Notes under the pieces: model-generated
The model's database searches: none
What the model was told of the DNA's origin: nothing
The model's input: the letters and a program-made list of their open reading frames with translations, nothing else
Position numbers and translations under genes: made by a program
Assembly (NCBI RefSeq): GCF_001457595.1
Contig: NZ_LN831039.1
Coordinates: 5,160,001-5,192,000 of the forward strand
Length of the DNA: 32,000 bases
From: Mycolicibacterium smegmatis
GTDB lineage: Bacteria; Actinomycetota; Actinomycetes; Mycobacteriales; Mycobacteriaceae
Direction: 5' to 3'
Shown here: positions 8,116-17,359 of the stretch, in pieces
Layout: each line of letters opens with the position of its first letter
Numbering within the stretch: position 1 is the stretch's first letter

Positions 8116-11100
8116 GTGTCTGCCGTGAGCAGTTCACCTTCACCATTCGGACAGAACGAGTGGCTGGTCGAGGAGATGTATCGCAAATTCCGCGATGACC
8201 CCTCCTCGGTGGATCCCAGTTGGCATGAATTTCTGGTCGATTACTCCCCCGAGCCCACCACCGACAGTGCCTCCAACGGGCGCACCACCACCGCGGCTCC
8301 CGTGACGCCGCCGACTCCGGCGCCTGCGCCCGCGCCCGAGCCCAAGGCCGCGCCCAAGCCCGCCGCGAAGACCGAGGCCAAGCCCGCCGCCAAGCCGGCG
8401 AAGTCGGCCACCCCGGCCGAGGGCGACGAATCGCAGATCCTGCGCGGCGCCGCGGCAGCGGTGGTCAAGAACATGAACGCCTCACTGGAGGTGCCGACCG
8501 CGACGAGCGTGCGCGCCATCCCGGCGAAGCTGATGATCGACAACCGCGTCGTCATCAACAACCACCTCAAGCGCACGCGCGGCGGCAAGATCAGCTTCAC
8601 CCACCTGCTGGGCTACGCGATCGTGCAGGCGGTCAAGAAGTTCCCGAACATGAACCGCCACTTCGCGGTCGTCGACGGCAAGCCCACCGCGATCACGCCC
8701 GCCCACACCAACCTGGGCCTCGCGATCGACCTGCAGGGCAAGGACGGCAACCGCTCGCTCGTTGTCGCGGCGATCAAGCGTTGCGAGACAATGCGATTCG
8801 GCCAGTTCATCGCCGCATACGAGGACATCGTACGTCGCGCGCGTGACGGCAAGCTCACCGCCGAGGACTTCTCCGGCGTCACCATCTCTCTCACCAATCC
8901 CGGCACTCTGGGCACCGTCCACTCGGTGCCCAGACTCATGCAGGGACAGGGTGCGATCATCGGCGCGGGCGCCATGGAGTACCCCGCCGAGTTCCAGGGC
9001 GCCAGCGAGGAGCGCATCGCCGACCTGGGCATCGGCAAGCTGATCACACTGACGTCGACCTACGACCACCGCATCATCCAGGGTGCGGAGTCCGGCGACT
9101 TCCTGCGCACCATCCACCAGCTGCTGCTCGACGACGACTTCTTCGACGAGATCTTCCGCGAGCTGGGCATCCCGTACGAGCCCGTGCGCTGGCGCACCGA
9201 CAACCCTGACTCGATCGAGGACAAGAACGCGCGCGTCATCGAGCTCATCGCGGCGTACCGCAACCGCGGTCACCTGATGGCCGACATCGATCCGCTGCGC
9301 CTGGACAACACCCGGTTCCGCAGCCACCCGGACCTCGACGTCAACAGCCACGGCCTGACCCTGTGGGACCTCGACCGCGAGTTCAAGGTCGACGGGTTCG
9401 CCGGTGTGCAGCGCAAGAAGCTGCGCGACATCCTCTCGGTGCTGCGCGACGCGTACTGCCGCCACGTCGGTGTCGAGTACACCCACATCCTCGAACCCGA
9501 GCAGCAGCGCTGGATCCAGGAACGCGTCGAGACCAAGCACGACAAGCCGACGGTCGCCGAGCAGAAGTACATCCTGTCCAAGCTCAACGCCGCCGAGGCC
9601 TTCGAGACCTTCCTGCAGACCAAATACGTTGGGCAGAAACGCTTCTCGCTCGAAGGCGCCGAGACCGTCATCCCGATGATGGACGCCGTGATCGACCAGT
9701 GCGCCGAGCACGGTCTCGACGAGGTGGTCATCGCGATGCCGCACCGCGGCCGCCTCAACGTGCTCGCCAACATCGTCGGCAAGCCCTACAGCCAGATCTT
9801 CAGCGAATTCGAGGGCAACCTCAACCCGTCGCAGGCGCACGGCTCCGGCGACGTGAAGTACCACCTGGGCGCCACCGGCACCTACATCCAGATGTTCGGC
9901 GACAACGACATCGAGGTGTCGCTGACCGCCAACCCCAGCCACCTCGAAGCCGTCGACCCGGTGCTCGAAGGTCTGGTGCGCGCCAAGCAGGACCTGCTCG
10001 ACACGGGCGAGGAGGGCTCCGACAACCGGTTCTCCGTCGTGCCGTTGATGCTGCACGGCGACGCAGCGTTCGCGGGCCAGGGCGTGGTGGCCGAGACGCT
10101 CAACCTCGCGCTGCTGCGCGGCTACCGCACGGGCGGCACGATCCACATCGTCGTGAACAACCAGATCGGGTTCACCACGGCGCCCACGGATTCGCGCTCC
10201 AGCGAGTACTGCACCGACGTGGCCAAGATGATCGGCGCGCCGATCTTCCACGTCAACGGCGACGATCCCGAGGCGTGCGCCTGGGTGGCGCGCCTGGCCG
10301 TCGACTTCCGGCAGGCGTTCAAGAAGGACGTCGTCATCGACATGCTGTGCTACCGCCGCCGCGGCCACAACGAGGGCGACGACCCGTCGATGACGCAGCC
10401 CTACATGTACGACGTCATCGACACCAAGCGCGGCTCCCGCAAGGCCTACACCGAGGCCCTGATCGGCCGCGGTGACATCTCGATGAAAGAGGCCGAGGAC
10501 GCCCTGCGCGACTACCAGGGCCAGCTCGAGCGGGTGTTCAACGAGGTCCGCGAGCTTGAGAAACACGAGATCGAGCCCAGTGAGTCCGTCGAGGCCGACC
10601 AGCAGATCCCGAGCAAGCTCGCCACGGCCGTCGACAAGGCGATGCTGCAGCGCATCGGCGATGCGCACCTCGCGCTGCCCGAGGGCTTCACGGTGCACCC
10701 GCGTGTGCGGCCGGTGCTGGAGAAGCGCCGCGAGATGGCCTACGAGGGCCGCATCGACTGGGCGTTCGCCGAGCTGCTCGCGCTCGGCTCGCTCATAGCC
10801 GAGGGCAAGCTCGTGCGGCTTTCGGGTCAGGACACGCAGCGCGGCACGTTCACACAGCGCCACGCGGTTATCGTCGACCGCAAGACCGGCGAGGAGTTCA
10901 CGCCGCTGCAGCTGTTGGCCACCAACCCCGACGGCACACCCACCGGCGGCAAGTTCCTGGTGTACAACTCCGCGCTGAGCGAGTTCGCCGCGGTGGGCTT
11001 CGAGTACGGCTACTCGGTGGGCAACCCCGACGCCATGGTGCTGTGGGAGGCGCAGTTCGGCGACTTCGTCAACGGCGCGCAGTCGATCATCGACGAGTTC

Positions 11101-11811
11101 ATCAGCTCGGGCGAGGCCAAGTGGGGTCAGCTGTCCGATGTCGTGCTGCTGCTGCCGCACGGCCACGAGGGCCAGGGCCCCGACCACACCTCGGGACGCA
11201 TCGAGCGCTTCCTGCAGCTGTGGGCCGAGGGTTCGATGACCATCGCCATGCCGTCGACGCCGGCGAACTACTTCCACCTGCTGCGCAGGCACGGCAAGGA
11301 CGGCATCCAGCGTCCGCTGATCGTGTTCACGCCCAAGTCGATGCTGCGCAACAAGGCCGCCGTCAGCGACATCCGCGACTTCACCGAGAGCAAGTTCCGC
11401 TCGGTGCTCGAGGAGCCGATGTACACCGACGGTGAAGGCGACCGCAACAAGGTCACGCGCCTGCTGCTGACCAGCGGCAAGATCTACTACGAGCTTGCCG
11501 CGCGCAAGGCCAAGGAGAACCGCGAGGACGTCGCGATCGTGCGTATCGAGCAGCTCGCGCCGCTGCCGCGGCGCAGGCTCGCCGAGACGCTCGACCGGTA
11601 CCCGAACGTCAAGGAGAAGTTCTGGGTGCAGGAGGAGCCGGCCAACCAGGGCGCATGGCCGTCCTTCGGGTTGACGCTCCCCGAGATCCTCCCGGACCAC
11701 TTCACGGGCCTCAAGCGCATCTCGCGGCGCGCCATGTCGGCGCCGTCGTCGGGTTCGTCGAAGGTGCACGCTGTCGAGCAGCAGGAGATCCTCGACACAG
11801 CGTTCGGCTGA
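8116..11811 (+). CDS. kgd: Multifunctional 2-oxoglutarate decarboxylase / 2-oxoglutarate dehydrogenase E1 (Kgd/SucA) with an N-terminal acyltransferase-like domain
   Basis: 1231-aa ORF. Ala/Pro-rich linker after the N-terminal segment, an E2-like catalytic core (…[16 protein letters not shown]…), then an E1o ThDP domain (…[16 protein letters not shown]…, [11 protein letters not shown]). The N-terminus matches my recollection of M. smegmatis Kgd. An in-frame GTG at 8125 is an alternative start. Confidence 0.97.
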   Translation: MSAVSSSPSPFGQNEWLVEEMYRKFRDDPSSVDPSWHEFLVDYSPEPTTDSASNGRTTTAAPVTPPTPAPAPAPEPKAAPKPAAKTEAKPAAKPAKSATPAEGDESQILRGAAAAVVKNMNASLEVPTATSVRAIPAKLMIDNRVVINNHLKRTRGGKISFTHLLGYAIVQAVKKFPNMNRHFAVVDGKPTAITPAHTNLGLAIDLQGKDGNRSLVVAAIKRCETMRFGQFIAAYEDIVRRARDGKLTAEDFSGVTISLTNPGTLGTVHSVPRLMQGQGAIIGAGAMEYPAEFQGASEERIADLGIGKLITLTSTYDHRIIQGAESGDFLRTIHQLLLDDDFFDEIFRELGIPYEPVRWRTDNPDSIEDKNARVIELIAAYRNRGHLMADIDPLRLDNTRFRSHPDLDVNSHGLTLWDLDREFKVDGFAGVQRKKLRDILSVLRDAYCRHVGVEYTHILEPEQQRWIQERVETKHDKPTVAEQKYILSKLNAAEAFETFLQTKYVGQKRFSLEGAETVIPMMDAVIDQCAEHGLDEVVIAMPHRGRLNVLANIVGKPYSQIFSEFEGNLNPSQAHGSGDVKYHLGATGTYIQMFGDNDIEVSLTANPSHLEAVDPVLEGLVRAKQDLLDTGEEGSDNRFSVVPLMLHGDAAFAGQGVVAETLNLALLRGYRTGGTIHIVVNNQIGFTTAPTDSRSSEYCTDVAKMIGAPIFHVNGDDPEACAWVARLAVDFRQAFKKDVVIDMLCYRRRGHNEGDDPSMTQPYMYDVIDTKRGSRKAYTEALIGRGDISMKEAEDALRDYQGQLERVFNEVRELEKHEIEPSESVEADQQIPSKLATAVDKAMLQRIGDAHLALPEGFTVHPRVRPVLEKRREMAYEGRIDWAFAELLALGSLIAEGKLVRLSGQDTQRGTFTQRHAVIVDRKTGEEFTPLQLLATNPDGTPTGGKFLVYNSALSEFAAVGFEYGYSVGNPDAMVLWEAQFGDFVNGAQSIIDEFISSGEAKWGQLSDVVLLLPHGHEGQGPDHTSGRIERFLQLWAEGSMTIAMPSTPANYFHLLRRHGKDGIQRPLIVFTPKSMLRNKAAVSDIRDFTESKFRSVLEEPMYTDGEGDRNKVTRLLLTSGKIYYELAARKAKENREDVAIVRIEQLAPLPRRRLAETLDRYPNVKEKFWVQEEPANQGAWPSFGLTLPEILPDHFTGLKRISRRAMSAPSSGSSKVHAVEQQEILDTAFG

Positions 11812-11848
11812 CCTGGGGCGACTTCGAATCACCCCGCGCGTAAACCTG

Positions 11849-11894
11849 GGCACCCTGGTTGGTTTCGATTAACCAACTAGGGTGCCTATTTCTT
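11849..11894 (+). terminator. Intrinsic terminator downstream of kgd
   Basis: 14-bp stem, 11849-11862 GGCACCCTGGTTGG pairing with 11873-11886 CCAACTAGGGTGCC (one G-U wobble in RNA). 10-nt loop TTTCGATTAA. Followed by TATTTCTT (11887-11894). Confidence 0.6.
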
Positions 11895-11907
11895 GGATCG
11901 CCCGCGC

Positions 11908-13218
11908 ATGACCGTAACCGCAGACCTGGTCGACGAACAGCCGAACACACCTGACGAGAAAAAGACGGTCAGGACCGCCGTTCTGGCGAGCGTGGTCGGC
12001 ACGACGATCGAGTGGTACGACTTCTTCCTGTACGCGACGGCCGCGAGCCTGGTGTTCAACCACGCGTTCTTCCCCGACCAGAGTTCGTTCGTCGGGACGA
12101 TGCTCGCGTTCGCGACGTTCGCCGTGGGCTTCGTGGTGCGTCCCATCGGCGGCTTCGTGTTCGGCCACGTCGGCGACCGCATCGGGCGCAAGAAGACGCT
12201 CGCGCTGACCATGCTGCTGATGGGTGTGGCCACCGCGCTCATGGGCTTCCTGCCGACGGCCGCGCAGATCGGCGTGCTCGCACCGATTTTGCTGCTGGTC
12301 CTGCGCATCGTGCAGGGCTTCGCGCTGGGCGGCGAATGGGCGGGTGCGGTGCTGCTGGCCGTCGAACACAGCCCGCGCAACCGCCGCGGCCTGTTCGGCA
12401 GCATCCCGCAGGTCGGTCTCGCGCTGGGTCTGGCGCTGGGCACCGCGGTGTTCGTGGTGCTGCAGGTGGCGCTGACGCCCGAGGCGTTCCTGTCCTACGG
12501 CTGGCGCATCGCGTTCCTGGTGAGCATCGTGCTGGTGATCTTCGGGGTGGTGGTGCGCTTCCGCGTCGCCGAGACCCCGGCCTTCGAGCAGGTTCAGCGC
12601 GAGGACGACCGTGCCGCGGTGCCGGTGCGCGAAGTGTTCAGGCCGCCCGTGCTGCGCTCGACCATCCTGGGCCTGTTGTCGCGCTGGGGTGAGGGTGCGG
12701 CGTTCAACACCTGGGGCGTCTTCACCATCGCGTACGCGACGACGACGCTGGGGCTCGACAAGGTCGCGGTGCTGATCGTCGTGACCGTGGCCGCGCTGCT
12801 CATGGCGGTCCTGCTGCCGGTTTCGGGCGCGCTCGCCGACCGGTTCAGCCCGCGCACGGTGTATGCCGCAGGCATCGCGGCGTACGGCGTGATCGTGTTC
12901 CCCGCATTCGCGCTGTTCAACACGGGCAGCATCGCGGCGTACGCGGTCGGAATGATCCTGGCGTTCGGCGTGATCCATGCGCTGTTCTACGGCGCGCAGG
13001 GCACGCTGTACGCCTCACTGTTCCCCACCCGCAGCCGCTACACGGGCCTGTCGACGGTGTACCAACTCTCGGGCGTGTACGCCTCGGGCCTGACGCCGCT
13101 GATCCTGACCTCGCTGATCGCCGCGGGCGGCGGCAAGCCCTGGTACGCGTGCGGATATCTGGTGGCCACCGCGGTCATCAGCGTCGTCGCCACGCTGCTG
13201 CTGCGCCCCGAGCACTAA
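11908..13218 (+). CDS. MFS transporter, metabolite:H+ symporter (MHS; KgtP/ProP/ShiA-like) family
   Basis: MHS signatures EWYDFFLY and GHVGDRIGRKKTL. Overall resemblance to E. coli KgtP (from memory). I prefer ATG 11908 over the listed TTG 11893, which lies inside the terminator U-tract. Confidence 0.85.
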   Translation: MTVTADLVDEQPNTPDEKKTVRTAVLASVVGTTIEWYDFFLYATAASLVFNHAFFPDQSSFVGTMLAFATFAVGFVVRPIGGFVFGHVGDRIGRKKTLALTMLLMGVATALMGFLPTAAQIGVLAPILLLVLRIVQGFALGGEWAGAVLLAVEHSPRNRRGLFGSIPQVGLALGLALGTAVFVVLQVALTPEAFLSYGWRIAFLVSIVLVIFGVVVRFRVAETPAFEQVQREDDRAAVPVREVFRPPVLRSTILGLLSRWGEGAAFNTWGVFTIAYATTTLGLDKVAVLIVVTVAALLMAVLLPVSGALADRFSPRTVYAAGIAAYGVIVFPAFALFNTGSIAAYAVGMILAFGVIHALFYGAQGTLYASLFPTRSRYTGLSTVYQLSGVYASGLTPLILTSLIAAGGGKPWYACGYLVATAVISVVATLLLRPEH

Positions 13219-13979
13219 TCGGCCGTCAGCACCAGCGGTCCGTCGGCCGTGATCGCCACGGTGTTCTCGGTGTGTGCGGTGCGTGAACCGTCGGCCGAGC
13301 GGATGGTCCACCCGTCGCGGTCGAACCTGATGCGGTCGGTGGTGCGGGCGAACCACGGTTCCAGCGCGAGTGTCATGCCGTCGCGCAACCGCATGCCGCG
13401 TCCGGGCCTGCCCCGGTTGGGCACATGTGGATCCTCGTGCATGGTGCGCCCCAGACCGTGCCCGCCGAACTCGAGGTTGACCGGGTAGCCGTAGTCGTCC
13501 GCCACGGCGCCGATCGCCGCGGAGATGTCGCCGAGACGGTTTCCCGGCACCGCGGCCGCCGTCGCCGCCGCGAGTGCGTCACGCGTCGCCTGCACGAGGC
13601 GTTCATCCTCGGCGTCGGGGGTCCCGACGATCACGGTGCGCGCCGCGTCGGCGACCCAACCGTCGATCGAGACCGCGAAGTCCAGGCTCAGCACGTCACC
13701 GTCGCGCAGCACGTAGCTGTGCGGAAGGCCGTGCAGCACAGCGTCGTTCACCGACAGGCAGATCACGTTGCGGAACGGGCCCGACCCGAACGACGGGTGG
13801 TAGTCCCAGTAGCAGGACGTCGCGCCACGCTCGGCGATCATGTCGCGCGCGCGGTGTTCGAGGTCCAGCAGGTTGACGCCGACGGCCGCCATCTCGCTGA
13901 GTTCGCGGAGCACCTCGGCCACGAAGCGACCGGTGGTCCGCATCTTGTCGATCTCGGCAGGTGTCTTCAGTTCGATCAT
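13215..13979 (-). CDS. map: Type I methionine aminopeptidase
   Basis: 254 aa. Pita-bread fold metal ligands lie in DVLSLDFAVSIDGWVADAA, GGHGLGRTMHEDP, LALEPW and HTENTV. GGAGAAG lies upstream of the ATG. The stop overlaps the MFS stop (CTAA, 13215-13218). Confidence 0.9.
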   Translation of the reverse strand: MIELKTPAEIDKMRTTGRFVAEVLRELSEMAAVGVNLLDLEHRARDMIAERGATSCYWDYHPSFGSGPFRNVICLSVNDAVLHGLPHSYVLRDGDVLSLDFAVSIDGWVADAARTVIVGTPDAEDERLVQATRDALAAATAAAVPGNRLGDISAAIGAVADDYGYPVNLEFGGHGLGRTMHEDPHVPNRGRPGRGMRLRDGMTLALEPWFARTTDRIRFDRDGWTIRSADGSRTAHTENTVAITADGPLVLTAD

Positions 13980-13995
13980 GCGTCTTCTCCGTATC

Positions 13996-14009
13996 GGTAT
14001 ACAAATACC
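13996..14009. promoter_or_regulatory. Candidate operator O1 (GGTAT-N4-ATACC)
   Basis: GGTATACAAATACC lies in the AT-rich 69-bp map/XRE intergenic region, flanked on the outside by GTATCG (13991-13996). Confidence 0.45.
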
Positions 14010-14017
14010 ACCCTAGC

Positions 14018-14031
14018 GGTATTTAAATACC
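14018..14031. promoter_or_regulatory. Candidate operator O2 (perfect palindrome GGTATTTAAATACC)
   Basis: Perfect 14-bp palindrome whose centre is 22 bp from the centre of O1. Flanked on the outside by CGATAC (14034-14039). Confidence 0.45.
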
Positions 14032-14036
14032 AGCGA

Positions 14037-14042
14037 TACCGT
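14037..14042 (+). promoter_or_regulatory. Candidate -10 hexamer (TACCGT) for a leaderless XRE transcript
   Basis: Matches the mycobacterial TANNNT pattern. Ends 6 nt before GTG 14049. No Shine-Dalgarno sequence lies in between. Confidence 0.3.
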
Positions 14043-14048
14043 GGACCC

Positions 14049-14309
14049 GTGGTCCGCACCCCGCTCACCCCCGAACAGGTCGCCGCCGGGCGTCGTCTCG
14101 GCGCCACCTTGCGCGCCGCGCGCGCCTCGCGCACCCTCGAAGAGGTCGCCGCGTCGGCGGGCATCTCGCCGGAGACGCTGCGCAAGATCGAGACCGGGCG
14201 CCTACCCTCCCCCGCGTTCGGCACCATCGTCGGACTCAGTGACGCACTCGGTGTGCCCCTCGCCCATCTCGCCGAGGTGTGGCGGCCGGCAAAGGCCGCG
14301 GCATCCTGA
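14049..14309 (+). CDS. XRE-family helix-turn-helix transcriptional regulator (86 aa)
   Basis: This is the 3' part of the listed ORF 13425..14309; the rest of that ORF is antisense to map. GTG at 14049 gives VVRTPLTPEQ… with an HTH_3-like segment TLEEVAASAGISPETLRKIETG. Confidence 0.75.
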   Translation: MVRTPLTPEQVAAGRRLGATLRAARASRTLEEVAASAGISPETLRKIETGRLPSPAFGTIVGLSDALGVPLAHLAEVWRPAKAAAS

Positions 14310-14325
14310 GGCCGTGTAGGCGGGA

Positions 14326-14347
14326 CCAGCGGTACCGGTTACGCTGG
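14326..14347 (+). terminator. Small hairpin after the XRE gene
   Basis: CCAGCG (14326-14331) pairs with CGCTGG (14342-14347); 10-nt loop. No clear U-tract follows. Confidence 0.25.
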
Positions 14348-14387
14348 CCCTATTGACACATGTCTGACGACACGAGGGAGTGTGGAT

Positions 14388-15212
14388 ATGGAGGGCTTCG
14401 CCGGGAAAGTCGCCGTCGTCACGGGCGCCGGTAGCGGCATCGGGCAGGCACTGGCCATCGAACTGGGCCGCTCGGGCGCCAAGCTGGCCATCTGCGACGT
14501 CGACACCGAAGGCCTCGCCGCGACCGAGGAACGTCTCAAGGCCATCGGCGCCCCCGTGAAGGCCGACCGCCTCGACGTCACCGAACGCGAGGCGTTCCTG
14601 CTCTACGCCGACGCGGTCAAGGAGCACTACGGCACGGTCAACCAGATCTACAACAACGCCGGCATCGCGTTCACCGGTGACGTCGAGATCAGCGAGTTCA
14701 AGGACATCGAGCGCGTGATGGACGTGGACTTCTGGGGCGTGGTCAACGGCACGAAGGCGTTCCTGCCGCATCTGATCGCCTCGGGCGACGGGCACGTGAT
14801 CAACGTGTCGAGCGTCTTCGGGCTGTTCTCGGTGCCCGGCCAGGCCGCGTACAACTCCGCGAAGTTCGCGGTGCGCGGCTTCACCGAGGCGCTGCGCCAG
14901 GAGATGGCGATCGCCAAGCATCCCGTCAAGGTGACCACCGTGCACCCGGGTGGCATCAAGACCGCGATCGCCCGCAACGCCACCGCGGCCGAGGGACTCG
15001 ACGCCAAGGAACTCGCCGAGGCGTTCGACAAGAAACTCGCCAACACGACGCCGCAGCGCGCGGCGGTGATCATCCTCGACGGCGTGCGCAAGAACAAGGC
15101 GCGCGTGCTCGTGGGGCCCGACGCCAAGATCCTCGACGTCATCGTCCGGATCACCGGATCGGGTTACCAGCGGCTGTTCTCGGCCGTCGCGGCCAAGGCC
15201 ATGCCCCGCTAG
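14388..15212 (+). CDS. Short-chain dehydrogenase/reductase (classical SDR)
   Basis: Motifs TGAGSGIGQALA (TGxxxGxG), NNAG, and S…YNSAKFAV (the catalytic Ser-Tyr-Lys). I prefer ATG 14388 (GAGGGAG at 14374-14380, 7 nt upstream) over the listed GTG 14382. Confidence 0.9.
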   Translation: MEGFAGKVAVVTGAGSGIGQALAIELGRSGAKLAICDVDTEGLAATEERLKAIGAPVKADRLDVTEREAFLLYADAVKEHYGTVNQIYNNAGIAFTGDVEISEFKDIERVMDVDFWGVVNGTKAFLPHLIASGDGHVINVSSVFGLFSVPGQAAYNSAKFAVRGFTEALRQEMAIAKHPVKVTTVHPGGIKTAIARNATAAEGLDAKELAEAFDKKLANTTPQRAAVIILDGVRKNKARVLVGPDAKILDVIVRITGSGYQRLFSAVAAKAMPR

Positions 15213-15219
15213 CGACCCG

Positions 15220-16062
15220 CTAGTGCCCAAGGGGGTTGGCCTGCAGGAACTCGTCGGCCACAGCGCCGGGATCGGCACCCTCGGCGACCTTGCGCCGCAT
15301 GTCGGCCAGCGACCCGGTGTCGAGCACGCCCGCGATCTCGTTGAGCGCGCGGATCTGCCGTTCGTCGAGTTCGTTGCGCCGGTACAGCGGCACGATGTTC
15401 TCGGCGCGGATCAGCGAGGTCCGGTCGGCCAGCACCACCAGGTGTGACGGAATCTCCGGATCGGCGGTGCGCGACCACGCCACGTTGATCCGGCCCGCGT
15501 CCAGCGCCGCGAACAGCGTGTCCTCGTCGTCGAACCGCACCGGTTTCGCCGGCGTGCACTGCCCGATCGTCGTCGGCACCTGCGCCCCGGCCACCGCACC
15601 GGGCCGCACCTGCGCGCAGTGCCTGCGCAGCGCCGCGAGATCGGTGCCGTCCCATGCCCGCGTGGTGGCCTCGGTGGCCACCAGCGCCGGCTTGTCCTGC
15701 GCCGACGTCGTGTAGTCGCCCGCTGCGACACCCTCCGGCAGCGCCGAGAGCAGGTCGCGGTAGACCTGCTCGTCGGCGCGTGCGGACGCACCGGGATCCA
15801 GCGCGACCAGCAACTGCCCGGTGAAACCGGGCAGCACCGTCACGGCCGACGAGTCCAGCGCTCCGAGTCCTTCGTCGGTCTCGACGACCTCGGCGGGTGA
15901 GCCGTAGTAGCGCAGCGCTGCCGCGTAGAGGTGACCGATGAGTGCGGACTCGGCGCCGGGCGCCGCACCGACCCGGATGGGCGGCGTGCCGGACTGCCCG
16001 CCGCATCCGGTCGCGATCAGCGCCAGCACCACCAGGACGGCCGGAACCAGGATGCGGCGCAT
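15220..16062 (-). CDS. lpqZ: Lipoprotein of the OpuAC/glycine-betaine substrate-binding family (LpqZ-like)
   Basis: Signal peptide with lipobox LIATGC. Size and synteny (next to an SDR) fit mycobacterial LpqZ (from memory). Lies 8 nt downstream of the malic enzyme gene. Confidence 0.75.
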   Translation of the reverse strand: MRRILVPAVLVVLALIATGCGGQSGTPPIRVGAAPGAESALIGHLYAAALRYYGSPAEVVETDEGLGALDSSAVTVLPGFTGQLLVALDPGASARADEQVYRDLLSALPEGVAAGDYTTSAQDKPALVATEATTRAWDGTDLAALRRHCAQVRPGAVAGAQVPTTIGQCTPAKPVRFDDEDTLFAALDAGRINVAWSRTADPEIPSHLVVLADRTSLIRAENIVPLYRRNELDERQIRALNEIAGVLDTGSLADMRRKVAEGADPGAVADEFLQANPLGH

Positions 16063-16070
16063 GAACCTGC

Positions 16071-17258
16071 TCAGACGCCCGAGGCTTCGGCGACCGCGGC
16101 AGCCACGGCCGGGCCCACCCGCGGGTCAAGCGCGCTCGGCACGATGTGGTCCACGCCCAGATCGTCGCCCACCACCGAGAAGATGGCATGCGCGGCAGCC
16201 ACTTTCATCTCCTCGGTGATCCGGCGCGCACCGGCGTCGAGCGCACCGCGGAACACGCCGGGGAACGCGAGCACGTTGTTGATCTGGTTCGGGAAGTCGC
16301 TGCGCCCGGTCGCGACCACGGCGGCGTACTTGCGCGCGGCGTCCGGGTGGATCTCGGGATCCGGGTTGGACAGCGCGAACACGATGCCCTTGGGCGCCAT
16401 GGTCGCGATGAGTTCCTCGGGCACCAGCCCGGCCGACACCCCGAGGAAGACGTCGGCGCCCGCGAGCGCCTCGGCCAGTCCGCCGGTGAGGCCTCGCGGA
16501 TTGGTGCGCTGGGCCAGTTCGGCCTTGAACGAGTTCAGATCGGTGCGACCGCTGGACACGATGCCCTTGCTGTCGAGGACGACGATGTCGGAGATGCCGC
16601 TGTTGCGCAGGATGTTGGTGCACGCGACGCCCGCCGCGCCGGCCCCGGACACCACGACCTTGAGGCTCGCCAGGTCACGGTCGAGCACCTTGACCGCCCC
16701 GAGCAGGGCGGCGAGCACCACGATCGCGGTGCCGTGCTGATCGTCGTGCATCACCGGGCAGTCCAGCGCCTCGATGACGCGGCGCTCGATCTCGAAGCAG
16801 CGGGGTGCCGAGATGTCCTCGAGGTTCACCGCGCCGAACGTCGGCCGCAGCCGGACCAGCGTCTCGACGATCTCGTCGGGGTCGTTGGTGTCGAGCACCA
16901 GCGGGATGGAGTCCAGGCCGCCGAACGTCTTGAACAGCGCGGCCTTGCCCTCCATGACGGGAAGCGACGCGGCGGCCCCGATGTCACCGAGGCCGAGCAC
17001 GGCACTGCCGTCGCTGACCACCGCGACCAGGCGGTTGGCCCAGGTGTATCTTGCGGCCAGCGTCGCATCCGCGGCGATCGCCCGGCTGACCTGGGCAACA
17101 CCGGGGGTGTAGGCGATGGACAACGCTCGCTGGGTATCCAGCGGAGACTTCAACTCGACAGAGAGTTTTCCGCCTTCATGTGCGGCAAAGATCTCGGAGT
17201 CCTCGATGACCACTTGCGGGGTACGCACCAATTCCGACACGGCGTCAGGGTACTTCAC
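16071..17258 (-). CDS. NAD(P)-dependent malic enzyme (short ~390-aa form)
   Basis: GTG start with a GGTGAGG-like Shine-Dalgarno sequence. Malic-enzyme N-terminal domain (…LSIAYTPGVA…, VVSDGSAVLGLGDIG) and a Rossmann motif VVSGAGAAGVA. Confidence 0.9.
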   Translation of the reverse strand: MKYPDAVSELVRTPQVVIEDSEIFAAHEGGKLSVELKSPLDTQRALSIAYTPGVAQVSRAIAADATLAARYTWANRLVAVVSDGSAVLGLGDIGAAASLPVMEGKAALFKTFGGLDSIPLVLDTNDPDEIVETLVRLRPTFGAVNLEDISAPRCFEIERRVIEALDCPVMHDDQHGTAIVVLAALLGAVKVLDRDLASLKVVVSGAGAAGVACTNILRNSGISDIVVLDSKGIVSSGRTDLNSFKAELAQRTNPRGLTGGLAEALAGADVFLGVSAGLVPEELIATMAPKGIVFALSNPDPEIHPDAARKYAAVVATGRSDFPNQINNVLAFPGVFRGALDAGARRITEEMKVAAAHAIFSVVGDDLGVDHIVPSALDPRVGPAVAAAVAEASGV

Positions 17259-17359
17259 AGCCAGACCTCACCGGGGGCCCTTCCCCACTCGTGAAAGGTC
17301 CTTTACAAACGCCTGACGCGTAGCATTCTGCACACAGCAGCAGAAGGGAGGCCGGAAAC

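Noticed and set aside
11815-11835. A tRNA T-arm-like element (…TTCGAATC…) just after kgd, considered as a possible tRNA gene or att-site remnant.
   Set aside because: Only a 7-bp stem (with one mismatch) and a 7-nt loop are present. No acceptor, D or anticodon arms can be drawn from the flanking sequence, which overlaps the kgd stop. No integrase or repeat partner is in the window.
8482-11853. A 1123-aa uninterrupted ORF antisense to kgd.
   Set aside because: It lies in exact codon register with kgd (both start coordinates are 1 mod 3). A stop in this ORF would therefore require a sense codon TTA, CTA or TCA, all of which are avoided in GC3-rich mycobacterial genes. The translation is Arg/Gly/His/Val/Asp-rich low-information sequence with no recognisable motifs, while the sense strand encodes an unmistakable Kgd. 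This is a shadow ORF.
11893-11907. The TTG start at 11893 listed for the MHS transporter.
   Set aside because: It sits inside the U-rich tail of the kgd terminator and has no Shine-Dalgarno sequence. ATG 11908 is in frame 5 codons downstream and is the more conventional start.
14049-14309. The XRE gene as the antitoxin of a toxin-antitoxin pair (M. tuberculosis has relBE near this position, from memory).
   Set aside because: No small partner ORF overlaps it or lies immediately adjacent on the same strand. The neighbours are a full-length MetAP (divergent) and an SDR (78 nt downstream, after a hairpin).
17259-17359. A possible M-box (Mg2+) riboswitch in the corA leader.
   Set aside because: The whole divergent intergenic region is 101 nt and must also hold two promoters. 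That is far shorter than an M-box aptamer, and no extended conserved helices are visible. Only TAGCAT (17321-17326) stands out, as a weak -10 candidate.
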